Assembly (NCBI GenBank): GCA_004431415.1
Contig: QPMI01000571.1
Coordinates: 79,293-143,292 of the forward strand
DNA from: Cyanophora paradoxa CCMP329
Lineage: Eukaryota > Plantae > Glaucophyta
Length of the DNA: 64,000 nt
Direction: 5' to 3'
Shown here: in pieces, positions 43,301 to 54,420 of the stretch
Numbering within the stretch: the stretch's first letter is position 1
Layout of the letters: the number at the start of each line of letters is the position of its first letter
The notes under the pieces: model-generated
Told to the model about the DNA's origin: nothing
Database searches by the model: none
What the model saw: only the letters and a program-made list of their open reading frames with translations
Position numbers and translations under genes: made by a program

Positions 43301-46300
43301 CCGCGCGAGGTCGTTTTCGGACCTCGGGGCGGAGGTGGGGCCTTGGGCTCCAGCCGGGGAGCGCTGCATGCGAGCCAGCGGCCGGCCAGCCCCGCGCCAG
43401 CAGGTCATGCGGCGGCGGTGGGTTGAGCGGCAGCCCGAAGCCGCGCGAGGCCGAGACGGACCTCGGGGCGGAGGTGGAGCCCTGGGCGCAGCCGGGGAGC
43501 GCTGCGTGCGAGCCAGCGGCCAGCCCGCCCTGCGCCAGCAGGTGATGCGGCGGCGGCGGGTCGAGCGGCAGCGCGGGGCTGCGCGAGGCCGTGATGGACC
43601 TCGGGGCGGAGGTAGAGCCCTGGGCTCCAGCCGGGGAGCGCTGTGTGCGAGCCAGCGGCCGGCCCGCCCTGCGCAAGCAGGTCAGGCGGCGGCGGTGGGT
43701 CGAGCGGCGGCGCGGGGTCGGGCGAGGCCGTGACGGACCTCTGGGCGGTGGTAACGCCTTGAGCTCCAGCCGGGGGGCGCTGCGGACGAGCCAGCGGCCG
43801 GCCCGCCCTGCGCAGGCAGGTTATGCGGCGGCGGCGTGTCGAGCGGCAGCACAGGGGAGCGCGAGGCCGTGGCGGACCTCGGGGCGGTGGTGGAGCCCTG
43901 GGCTCCAGCCGGGAGCGCTGCATGCGCACCAGCGGCCGGCCCTGCGCAGGCAGGTTCTGGGCGGCGGCGGGTCGAGCAGCAGCGCGGGGCCGCGCGAGGC
44001 CGTGACGGACCTCGGGGCGGAAGTGTGGCCCTGGGCTCCAGCCGGGGAGCGCTGCATGCGCACCAGCGGCCCGCCCTGCGCAAGCAGGTCAGGCGGCAGT
44101 GGCATGTCGAGCAGCAGCGCGGGGCCGCGCGAAGCCGTGACGGACCTCGGGGCGGAAGTGGGCCCTGGGCTCCAGCCGGGGAGCGCTGTATGCGAGCCAG
44201 CGGACGGCCCGCCCTGCGCAAGCAGGTTTTGCGGCGGCGGCTGGTCGAGCGGCAGTGCGGGGCCGCACGAGGCCGTGATGGACCTCGGGGCGGAGGTAGA
44301 GCCCTGGGCTCCAGCCGGGGAGCGCTGTGTGCGAGCCAGCGGCCGGCCCGCCCTGCGCAAGCAGGTTACGCGGCGGCGGCGGGTGGCGCGGCGGTGCGGG
44401 GCCGCGCGAGGTCGTTTTCGGACCTCGGGGCGGAGGTGGGGCCTTGGGCTCCAGCCGGGGAGCGCTGCATGCGAGCCAGCGGCCGGCCAGCCCCGCCCCA
44501 GCAGGTCATGCGGCGGCGGTGGGTTGAGCGGCAGCCCGAAGCCGCGCGAGGCCGAGACGGACCTCGGGGCGGAGGTGGAGCCCTGGGCGCAGCCGGGGAG
44601 CGCTGCGTGCGAGCCAGCGGCCAGCCCGCCCTGCGCCAGCAGGTGATGCGGCGGCGGCGGGTCGAGCGGCAGCGCGGGGCTGCGCGAGGCCGTGATGGAC
44701 CTCGGGGCGGAAGTGGAGCCCTGGGCCCCAGCCGGAGAGCGCGGCAGGCGAGCCAGTGGCCGGCCCGCCCTGCGCAAGCAGGTCAGGCGGCGGCGGTGGG
44801 TCGAGCGGCGGCGCGGGGACGCACGAGGCCGTGACAGACCTCGGGGCGTAGGTGGGGCCCTGGGCCCCAGCCGGAGAGTACCGCAGGCGAGACGGCGGTC
44901 GGCCCGCCCTGCGCAAGCAGGTTATGTGGTGGCGGCGGGTCGAGCAGCAGCGCGGGGCCGCGCGAGGCCATGACGGACCTCGGGGCGGAGGTGGAGCCCT
45001 GGGCTCCAGCCGGGGAGTGCTGCGTGCGAGCCAGCGGCCGGCCCGCCCTGCGCAAGCAGGTCAGGCGGCGGCGGCGTGTCGAGCGGCAGCGCGGGGCCTC
45101 GCGAAGCCGTGACGTACCTCGGGGCGGAGGCGGAGCCCTGGGCTCCAGCCGGGGAGCGCCGCAGGCGAGCCAGCGGTCGGCCCGCCCTGCGCAAGCAGGT
45201 TATGCGGCGGCGGAGGGTCGAGCGGCGGCGCGGGGCCGCGCTAGGCCGTGACGGACCTCGGGGCGGCGGTGGAGACCAAGGCTCCGGCCGGGGAGGGCTG
45301 CATGCAAGCCAGCGGCCGGCCCGCCCTGCGCAAGCAGGTTATGCGGCGGCGGCGGGTCGAGCGGCAGCGCGGGGCCGCGCGAGGCCGTGACGGACCTCGG
45401 GGCGGAGGTGGAGCCCTGGGCTCCAGCCGGAGAGCGCGACAGGCGAGCCAGCGGCCGGCCTGCCCTGCGCAAGCAGGTCAGGCGGCAGCGGTGTGTCGGG
45501 CGGCGGCGCGGGGTCGCGCGAGGCCGCTTCAGACCTCGGGGTGGAGGTGGGGCCCAAGGGCTCCAACCGGCGAATGTCGCAGGCGAGCCAGCGGTCGGCC
45601 CGCCCTGCGCAAGCAGGTCAGGCGGCGGCGGCAGGTCGCGCGGCGGCACGGGGCCGCGCGAGGCCGTGACGGACCTCGGGGCGGAGGTGGGGCCCCAAGG
45701 GCTCCAGCCCGAGAGCGTCGCATGCGAGCCAGCGGCCGGCCCGCCCTGCGTAAGCAGGTCCGGCGGCGGCGGCGAGTCGAGCGGCGGTGCGGGGCCGCGC
45801 GAGGCCGTGACGGACCTCGGGGCGGAGGTGAAGCCCAAGGCTCCAGCCGGAGAGCGCCGCAGGCGGGCCAGCGGCCGGCCCGCCCTGCGCAAGCAGGTCA
45901 GGCGGCGGCGGCGGGTCGAGCGGCGGCGCGGGGCCGTGCGAGGCCGTGACGGACCTCGGGGCGGAGGTGGAGCCCTGGGCTCCAGCCGGGGAGCGCTGCA
46001 TGCGCACCAGCGGCCGGCCCGCCCTACGTAAGCAGGTTATGCGGCGGCGGCGGGTCGAGCGCGGGCGTGGGGTCGCGCGAGGTCGTTTTCGGACCTCGGG
46101 GCGGAGGTGGGGCCCGGGGCTCCAGCCGGGGAGCGCCGCAGGCGAGCCAGCGGCCGGCCCGCCCTGCGCAAGCAGGACAGGCGGCGGTGCCACGGTGGCG
46201 GGTTGAGCGGCGGTGCGGGGGCCGCGCGAGGCCGTGACGGGCCTCGGGCGGAGGTGGAGCCCAAGGGCTCCAGCCGGAGAGCGCGGCAGGCGAGCCAGCG

Positions 46301-47075
46301 GCCGGCCCGCCCTGCGCAAGCAGATCAGGCTGCGGCGGCGGGTCGAGCGGCGGCGCGGGGCCGCGCGAGGCCGTGACGGACCTCGGGGCGGAGGCGGAGC
46401 CCTGGGCTCCAGCCGGAGAGCGCCGCAGGCGAGCCAGCGGTCGGCCCGCCCTGCGCAAGCAGGTCAGGCGGCGGCGGCGGGTGGCGCGGGGGGGCGGGGC
46501 CGTGCGAGGTCGTTTTCGGACCTCGGGGCGGAGGTGGAGCCCTGGGCTCCAGCCGGGGAGCGTCGCAGGCGCGCCAGCGGTCGGCCCGCCCTGTGCAAGC
46601 AGGTCAGGCGGCGGTGCCACGGTGGCGGGTCGAGCGGCGGCACGGGCCGCGCGAGGCCGTGACGGACCTCGGGGCGGAGGTGGAGACCAAGGCTCCAGCC
46701 GGAGAGCGCGGCAGGCGAGCCAGCGGCCGGCCCGCCCTGCGTAAGCAGGTCAGGCGGCGGCGGCGGGTCGAGCGGCGGCGCGGGTGCCGCGCGAGGCCGT
46801 GACGGACCTCGGGACGGAGGCGGAGCCCTGGCTCAGCGGCTCCAGCCGGGGAGCGCTGCGTGCGAGCCAGCGGCCGGCCCGCCCCGCGCAAGCAGGTCAG
46901 GCGGCGGCGGCGGGTGGCGTGGCGGTGCGGGGCCGCGCGAGGTCGTTTTCGGACCTCGGGACGGAGGTGGAGCCCTGGGCTCCAGCCGGGGAGTGCCGCA
47001 GGCGGGCCAGCGGCCGGCCCGCCCTGCGCAGGCAGGTCCGGCGGCGGCGGCGAGCCGAGCTGCGGTGCGGGGGCC
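40330..47075. repeat. GC-rich tandem array, ~139-141-bp unit, roughly 48 copies
   Basis: Anchor gaggccgtgacggacctcgg recurs at about 45242, 45381, 45520, 45660, 45801 and 45940. Confidence 0.95.
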
Positions 47076-47689
47076 CGGGTTGCGCAAGGGTGCGGCGCGG
47101 ATGCGCGGAAGGTCGCCAGCAGGCCGACTCGCAGCGAGATCTAGAGCGCAAGCGGGGACCGTAGTCCGCAGCGTAACGCGCCACTGGGGCAGCGGCAGCA
47201 CTGCGGTAGCGGAAGCGCCAGCCTGGCAACTGCAGCTGCGGGCGCCGGCCGACTCGAGCTCGCACTGCGGCACTGCGGCTGTACTGCCACTGCAGACTGC
47301 GCATGCCGTGCGGCGCCGCAGCGGCGGCACTGCGGCAGCGGATCCCCCGGAAGTGCCCGCCTCAGCGGCCTGGCACTGCGGCAGTGAGACCGCGCGGCGC
47401 GGGACCGGTACCGCGGGTCCGGCGGCTCCGGAGTCCGGAGTCCGGCCGGTACAACGGGTACGTCCGTTGTTTTGTTTTTGTTTGTTTTGTTTTTGTTTTT
47501 GTTTTAAGGTCGAGTCAATCCTTGAATCGACTAGAATTGACCAAAAACAAACAAAACACTCTGCGATCGCGATCGATCGCGAGGCTGTAGCGGTCGCGCC
47601 AGCAGCGCTAGCGCTAGCGGCTAGTCCGCAGCGAGCTCGAGACGCGCCAGCGGGCCGACTAATACTCGCAGCGTGCGCGCCAGCGAGAG

Positions 47690-48399
47690 TCGTAGCTATA
47701 GTCCGCAGCGTAACGCACTCCGAGTCCGGGGCCCGCCGCGCGCACGCTCGCGGGCCGTCTCGCAGCGGGGCGCACGCGAGGTCCGTACTCCGGCGTGAAG
47801 CTCTGGGGCCACAGCGCGACGCACGCGGCCCCGGAACTCCGCGCACGGGGGTCCACAGTGACGAACGTTCGCGGGCCCATCTCACAGCGAGGCGCTCGCG
47901 AGATCCGTGCTCCTGGTGGAAGTTCGCCGGCCGCGGGTGCGGCCGGAATCCGCCGGGGCGGATCGGGCCACAGCGAGAGTCGCGCGCGGCCTCCGAACCC
48001 GAGTACAGGGCCCACAGCGCGCACGCTCGCGGGCCGTCTCGCAGCGAGCGAGGCGCACGCGAGAGCCGTACTCCGGGGTGAAGCTCTAGATCTGGGGCCA
48101 CAGCGAGACGCACGCGGCCCCGGAGCTCCGCGCACGGGGGTCCACAGCGACGAACGCTCGCGGGCCCATCTCACAGCGAGGTGCTCGCGAGATCCGTGCT
48201 CCTGGTGGAAGCTCGCCGGCCGTGGGTGCGGCCGGGGTCCGCCGGGGCGGATCGGGCCACAGCGAGAGTCGCGCGCGGCCTCCGAACTCCGAGTATATAT
48301 ATATATGTACAGGGCCCACAGCGCGCACGCTCGCGGGCCGTCCCGCAGCGATCGAGGCGCACGCGAGAGCCGTACTCCGGGGTGAAGCTCTGGGGTGCC
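47690..48399. repeat. ~290-bp tandem repeat array, left part
   Basis: ctggggccacagcg...cccatctcacagcgagg...gtgctcctggtggaag at ~47802 and ~48091. Confidence 0.85.
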
Positions 48400-51300
48400 T
48401 TGCAGAAACCTTCTCCTGTGTAAATTTGACACAGAATCGCACAGAAAAGCACCGCAGAGCACAGGAAAGCACGGCAGAGCACAGGTTGACACCGCAAAGC
48501 ACAGGAAAGCGCCGCAAAGCACAGGAAAGCACAGGTTGCACAGAAAAGCACAAGAAGGGCACAGGTTCGCATGGGTAGGCACAGGACGACATGGGTAGGC
48601 ACAGGGAACATGGGTAAACACGGGTGAACATGGGTAAACACAAATTGCATGGGTAAACACAAATTGCACGGGAGTATAATTTATAAATATTTTTGTTTTT
48701 GGTGAATTACCGCGGCCACAGTCTATAAGTTTTACATAAAACCTATATGTATATTAATAAATCTAGATAAGTTTTGCGCGGCGGGTGCGCCGGCCACGAG
48801 CACGACTCGGCGAGCGCCCAACGCCGCCCATCCTTGCAGTGCGCATGCAGGCGGGGAGGCTGCAAAACCTACAGCTGATATCGATCTCCACTGAGCCTCG
48901 AGCTGCTTGCTAACAAATTGTAGCAGCCTGGCAGGTCTGATAGGCAGCAGCCCGCTAACAAATCTCTCCTTTCTGAAAAAGTAAAAATGCTCTTCCCAAG
49001 ACTTCCCTACCTGCCAATCACACATCTAGCATCATAAACGGCCGGCCGCCAAGCAACATAGAAGGCCGGCTGCAGCTTAATACACTAATATATACCAATC
49101 CTACAAACGGGGGCGGCCCAGCAAGAAAGCTATAGCTATAGCTATCGTTAGGATGCGGCCTAGCTCTAGTGAGTGCCGCAGCACAGGGCCTGCGGCGACG
49201 GCTTCTAAGTGCCGAGCAGGGCCCTCGAACTGCTGCGACCGCCACAAGTCACGCGACACCTCGCGGCGCTCGTTGCGCTGTGTCGCGGTCAGCGAACGCT
49301 CGAACAGAAAGAGACAAGGTTGGCATGCGCGCGCGCGGCTGTGCACCTCGGCAAAGAGAAGTGGCAGAAGAACGGATCCGGAGTGACAGCGGCACCATCC
49401 CCGCCCGTAGCCGAGGGCGAGGACGAGGCGCTCGCTGCGCTCGGAGCGTCAAGCGAAAGAGGAGAAGAACGCGCGCCTGCGAAAAGACCGCACCCGTCCG
49501 AGCTCCCGCAGCAAAAAGTGCGAGATGCTGGCCGCGCGTGAATGGGCAGCTTGTTTTAGCTAAAGCTAGTTTTGCATGCCAGGGCCGGGGAAATTTTCCA
49601 AGCTCTCTTTTAGCTCAGCCCATGCATATGTACATATATGCATGCTTGTTGCTTCGAATTCGCTGCCGAACTAACAAACTAGCTTGAGCAAGATCTAGCT
49701 ATCATAGTATATACATAAATTAAAGGCACGTATGAAGAATGGGCACGCTCCGCCGCCACGGGGTATATATGAAGAATGGGCACGCTCCGCCGCCGCCCGC
49801 GGCCGCCGGCATTCCGCCTTAGCCCTATCTTGCCGCCAAATGCCGAGACTCCACCCCGCCCTGGCAAGGCGCGAGCCACGCCGCAACATGCCGAGCCTCC
49901 ACTCCGCCCCGTCCGGCGAGCCGCGCCGCCGCCCGCCGCGCCTCCTGAGTGCGCCCTGTACGGCGAGTTGCGCCTCCCCCGCGTCCGGCGAGCCGCGCCA
50001 CCGCCTGCCGCGCCTCCGCCTCGTACAGAGAGCCGACCGCGGCGCCCCTGCCCCGTCCAGCGAGCCGCGCCTCCGCCCGCCGGGCCTCCGCCCCGTACAG
50101 CGAGCCGCGCCGGCGCCGGCGCCCGCTGCGCCGGCGCCCGGCCGGCGCCCCGGCCCGGCCAAGCCACGCAGCTCCGCCCCGCCCCGCCCGGGCGCGGGAC
50201 TCCTTTCGCGGCGGGTGTCGGCGGCGGGCGGCGGGGCGGCTCGCTGGGGCGGCGGCGCAGCGGGCGGCGACGCGGCTTGCCGGCCACCGCCCCGTTCCGC
50301 GAGCCGCCCCGCTGCCCGCTGCGCCGCCGCTCCGTCCCGCGAGCCGCGCCGCCGCCCGCCGCGCCGCCGCCCCGTCCCGCGAGCCGTGCCGCCGCCGTCC
50401 GCTGCTGCCCCGTGCGGCGAGCCGCGCCGCCGAAGGCCGCGCCGGGTTACGTCCTGCGCATCGTCAGCTATGCATTCGCGCGCCGCTGGCCCCAAGCTAT
50501 GCTTGGGAGGCGCACCCGAGACGACCGCCAATCGGGAGTTCGGCGTCGTTCCGCGCGCACGCAGCGCCCGGCGAGTCCAGACCCACATGCACTGCGGGCC
50601 GGGCCCATCTTAGAGGAACGCTTCGCGCACGGAAGCGTGCGAGAGCTCTAAGTCAGCGGCGGCCAGCGTGCCGCCCAACCGTCGACGCGTTGAACGCTCC
50701 TAACAGGCCGCGGGTCAGAGACGGCGATCTGCGGGCGTGAGTGAGACGTACGGAGAGTATCCAGACAGGTAGGCGAAGAACTTGGCGAGCACGGCGAGTA
50801 CGGGCGGTTGGGAACAAGCAAGTCAGCGCGCGGGGCGCGCGGATGCAGTCAAGGCGGAGGCCAGTCCTGCGGCAACACCATCTGGCTGGCGAAATAGCCG
50901 CGCGCTGCGTGCCACGAGCGGCCGCCAAGTCTGCGAGGTGCGAAGCGCATCTGGCCCGAGCACGAAGGGAGCTGGAGTGGGAAGCTGAGGAGCTGCAGAC
51001 TCTGCACTGCAGCCAGCCGAGCGAACTTGAGGCCAAGGGCGCAAGCGCAGCAGCTGCAGCTGGCACCGCTGGGTATCGTCCGTAAAAAAAGGGGGGGGGG
51101 GGAGGAATGACGGCCATTATCGTCGAATTTCCTTGAAAAATGCATTTCGGGCTGCTACAGGTGCGAACAGTGAAGCGAATGCTTCGTTTGGTTGTATTTA
51201 TGCACATAGTAATTGTTTCAGCACTAAGCTGTGACTCTTGACCCTCTGAACGCACTCTCTTGTGGCTGAAATCCAGGGGGGGCAAAGAAGTGAAAATGAC

Positions 51301-53853
51301 CAAATTAGTCTCTGCAGGATCGCATCCATATGATCTCAAGCACTCCTAAAGTAAGGTATTGATTATAAGAGTGATTTGAAGCCGCTTTCGGAAGGCCCAA
51401 TACGAGTTTTCGCTGAGATATTGCAGGGGCCATGGTTGAAACATGCCATGCTCTCACGGGTTGCCAGCATCGACTCAAGACACGCTAAATACCTCTTTAG
51501 AAAGCCCTTAACTTCCAGATTACAGGAATAAATTTTTTGTCCGGTCTGCCGATTCCCGGAACGTCGGTGCACCTTCATGTGTCTCACTGAGCACATCATG
51601 AGCACAGTCTGGTGACTTGATGAACAGCTCATCTTCTCTTCAGTACTGAAAGAAGTCATTCCTGGAATTGCTGATTACCGTCAAAATGAAGTCGTCAAAG
51701 CTTTCGAGGGTCCTCTCTCTGATTTTGAAACAATCCGAGTTTAGATCTAAAGCCATTAGGCGCTAGCACCTTTTTTTGCCAAGGGGGGGGCCTGTGACTC
51801 ATTAAGCTGCACGAGCACCAGCAATGCGTGCCACGTCATGAACTGCTCCTTATAGAGAGGGTTTGATGCATTGGAAGGCGGATCGAAGCGAGGAACGCAC
51901 ATGACCAGACCTAGGCCTAGGCCTAGCGCTCCAAGGGAATTCGTTGTCGTACCCCAAACTTGCTGACCGCCGTGACCGGTGACTGCGGCGGCTGGCCCTC
52001 GCGGCGGCAGACGGCCTTGCCAGATAGTTGCAACTCCTGGCAGCACGGCGGCTCGGTGCGTCGGTTCTGGGCTTCGCCGCGCAGCCGGACTCCCTGACTC
52101 TGCGAACAGGCCGAGCAGCGGTGCTGTTGCTGCAGTGAACGCGGCCGCTTTGAGAGCGAACGATGCTTGAAGCCACCTCTTGCGCCTCAAGGCTCTCGCC
52201 CGGCTCGTGCTGGGTCTGATTTCAAACGCAGACTGTCGCTGCCCCTGCTGCTGGGTTCGGCCGCGGCCGCGAACGCTCTCGAACGCGTCGTTTTCGACCT
52301 CCTTCCGCCCTTAATCTCTACTCGTTGCCCGGCCGCCGCCGGTCAGCTTATGTTGCTTTGACAGGCCCGCGCAGAAAGGCGAGGCCCCTGCCGATGCGAA
52401 GCAAGGTGTTTCTGGTTTCCGTCTGTTTCCTTCGATCGCTCATCCCGCTTGCATGTCAGGGAACACGCACGACCGAGCCCCGCGAGCACGGCCAAGTGGC
52501 GGCCGCGACTTGCTCGCTGGCACTCTTGGCGGCCGGGCGGGAAGCGGTCCCGCTGGTCAAGAAACCTCGCGGACGATGCTAACGCACGAGCCTCGCTAAC
52601 ACGGCGCGCTTCGCCCGGTTCCGGGTTCTGTCTCTTCCATCACTCGCAGCCCGCCTGGCTCCTTCTCCCGCAGGCCAGGTGCTCGCTCTTGTTTCCGATC
52701 CGCTACTCTCGCCTTGATCTTGTTCTGACACCGGGGACGCGCGCAGCGCAGCGGGTGCCGTTCACGCGCGGCTGGCATCTCGCACTTCTTGCGGCGGGAG
52801 CTCGGACGGGTGCGGTCTTTTCGCAGGCGCGCGTTCTTCTCTTCTTTCGCTTGACGCTCCGAGCGCAGCGAGCGCCTCGTCCTCGCCCTCGGCTACTGGC
52901 GGAGATGGCGCCGCTGTCACTGTCACTCCGCCCTTCAGCCGCTTCTCTTTGCCGAGGTGCACAGCCGCGCGCGCGCATGCCAACGTTATCTCTTTCTGTT
53001 CGAACGTCCGGTGACCGCGTTGCGCACAGCGCAACGAGCGCCGCGAGGTGCCGCATGACCTTGTGCGGGTTGCGTCGCTTCACGTCTGATCCGGTCTGCT
53101 AGCGCTGCTCCCTTCACTTGCAGAGGCGCACAGCTCGTTTTTGACACTCGCGTGCTCGCAGCGACCAGCGATCGTGCTGCTAGCCGGGCGGCGGGTCAGG
53201 AGCTCGCTGTTTTCGGGAGTATGGCTCAGAGGGAGGGGGCAGCAGCTGCAATTCGTTCTCTCGGTGCTAGCTATTGACAGGGCTGCGCTGCCTGCGCGCG
53301 CATGCATTTTTCGCTGGCAATGCGTTTTCTGTATACGTATGACTGCTTTCTGTATATAGTTGTGGGAGCTTTGGAGAGCAGCGGCCCTGCCGGGGCTTCC
53401 TAGGCCTGCACATGTGCATCCCCAGCTGGAGAGTGCCCCCGGGCCGCGGCCGGCGCCGGCGTCGGCGCCGGCGCCCCGGCCTGGCCATGGTCCGGGCCGC
53501 GGCTGGCCGGCATGCGCAATTAATTATAATTTCACGAAGTTGAGATAATTTTTAGTTAACTTTAATTACTAAAATCGAGTTTTGTACCGATTTACACAGG
53601 GTACCGGTACCGGTTGCACAAACACACAGGGTGGCACGGCGAAACACAGGCCGACACGGGTAGGCACAGGGAGCACGGGTAGGCACAGGCGGACACGGGT
53701 AGGCACAGGCGGACACGGGTAGGCACAGGCGGACACGGGTAGGCACAGGCCGACACGGGTGGGCACAGGTCGACACGGGTGGGCACAGCTGGACACAGGT
53801 CGACACAGGTCGACACAGATTGCACCAGATTGCACCGGAGAAGGTTTCTGCAA
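48400..53853 (-). mobile_element. 5.45-kb DNA transposon-like element with 17-bp terminal inverted repeats, subterminal microrepeats and decayed Cys-rich coding remnants
   Basis: ttgcagaaaccttctcc (48400-48416) is the reverse complement of ggagaaggtttctgcaa (53837-53853). Subterminal GCACAGG-based 10/20-bp repeats at 48430-48670 and 53620-53830. The same ~300-bp array flanks both sides. Broken minus-strand ORFs at 50900-53300. Confidence 0.75.
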
Positions 53854-54420
53854 CCTACACGGGGGCCCACAGCGACGAACGCTCGCGGGCCCATCTCACA
53901 GCGAGGCGCTCGCGAGACCCGTGCTCCTGGTCGAAGTTCGCCGGCCGCGGGCGCGGCCGGGGTCCGCCGGGGGCGGAGCGGGCCGCAGCGAGAGTCGCGC
54001 GCGGCCTCCGAACTCCGAGTAGGGGGCCCACAGCGCGAGGCGCACGCGGGCCGTCCCGCAGCGCGAGGCGCACGCGGGAGTCGAATTCGAAGGCCAGGTT
54101 GGGAGTTCGCCGGCCGCGGGAGCGGCTGGTGCCGCTGAAGCGGTCTGGGGCCACAGCGGGGCGCACGCGGCCCCGGAACTCCTTGCACGGGGGCCCACAG
54201 CGACGAACGCACGCGGGCCCATCTCACAGCGAGGCGCTCGCGAGATCCGTGCTCCTGGTGGAAGTTCGCCGGCCGCGGTCGCGGCCGGAATCCGCCGGGG
54301 GGATCGGGCCACAGCGAGAGTCGCGCGCGGCCTCCGAACTCCGAGTACAGGGACCACAGCGCGAGGCGCACGCGGGCCGTCCCACAGCGCGAGGCGCACG
54401 CGAGAGCCGTACTCCGTCGC
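53854..54420. repeat. ~290-330-bp tandem repeat array, right part
   Basis: gggggcccacagcgacgaac...cccatctcacagcgagg at ~53861 and ~54189, same family as 47690-48399. Confidence 0.85.

Noticed and set aside
40330-47075. CRISPR array
   Set aside because: Whole units are repeated with no unique spacers, no cas genes are present, and the context is eukaryotic.
47466-47560. Rho-independent terminator or structured ncRNA
   Set aside because: Low-complexity (GTTTT)n / (CAAAA)n tract in eukaryotic repeat DNA, so the complementarity is trivial.
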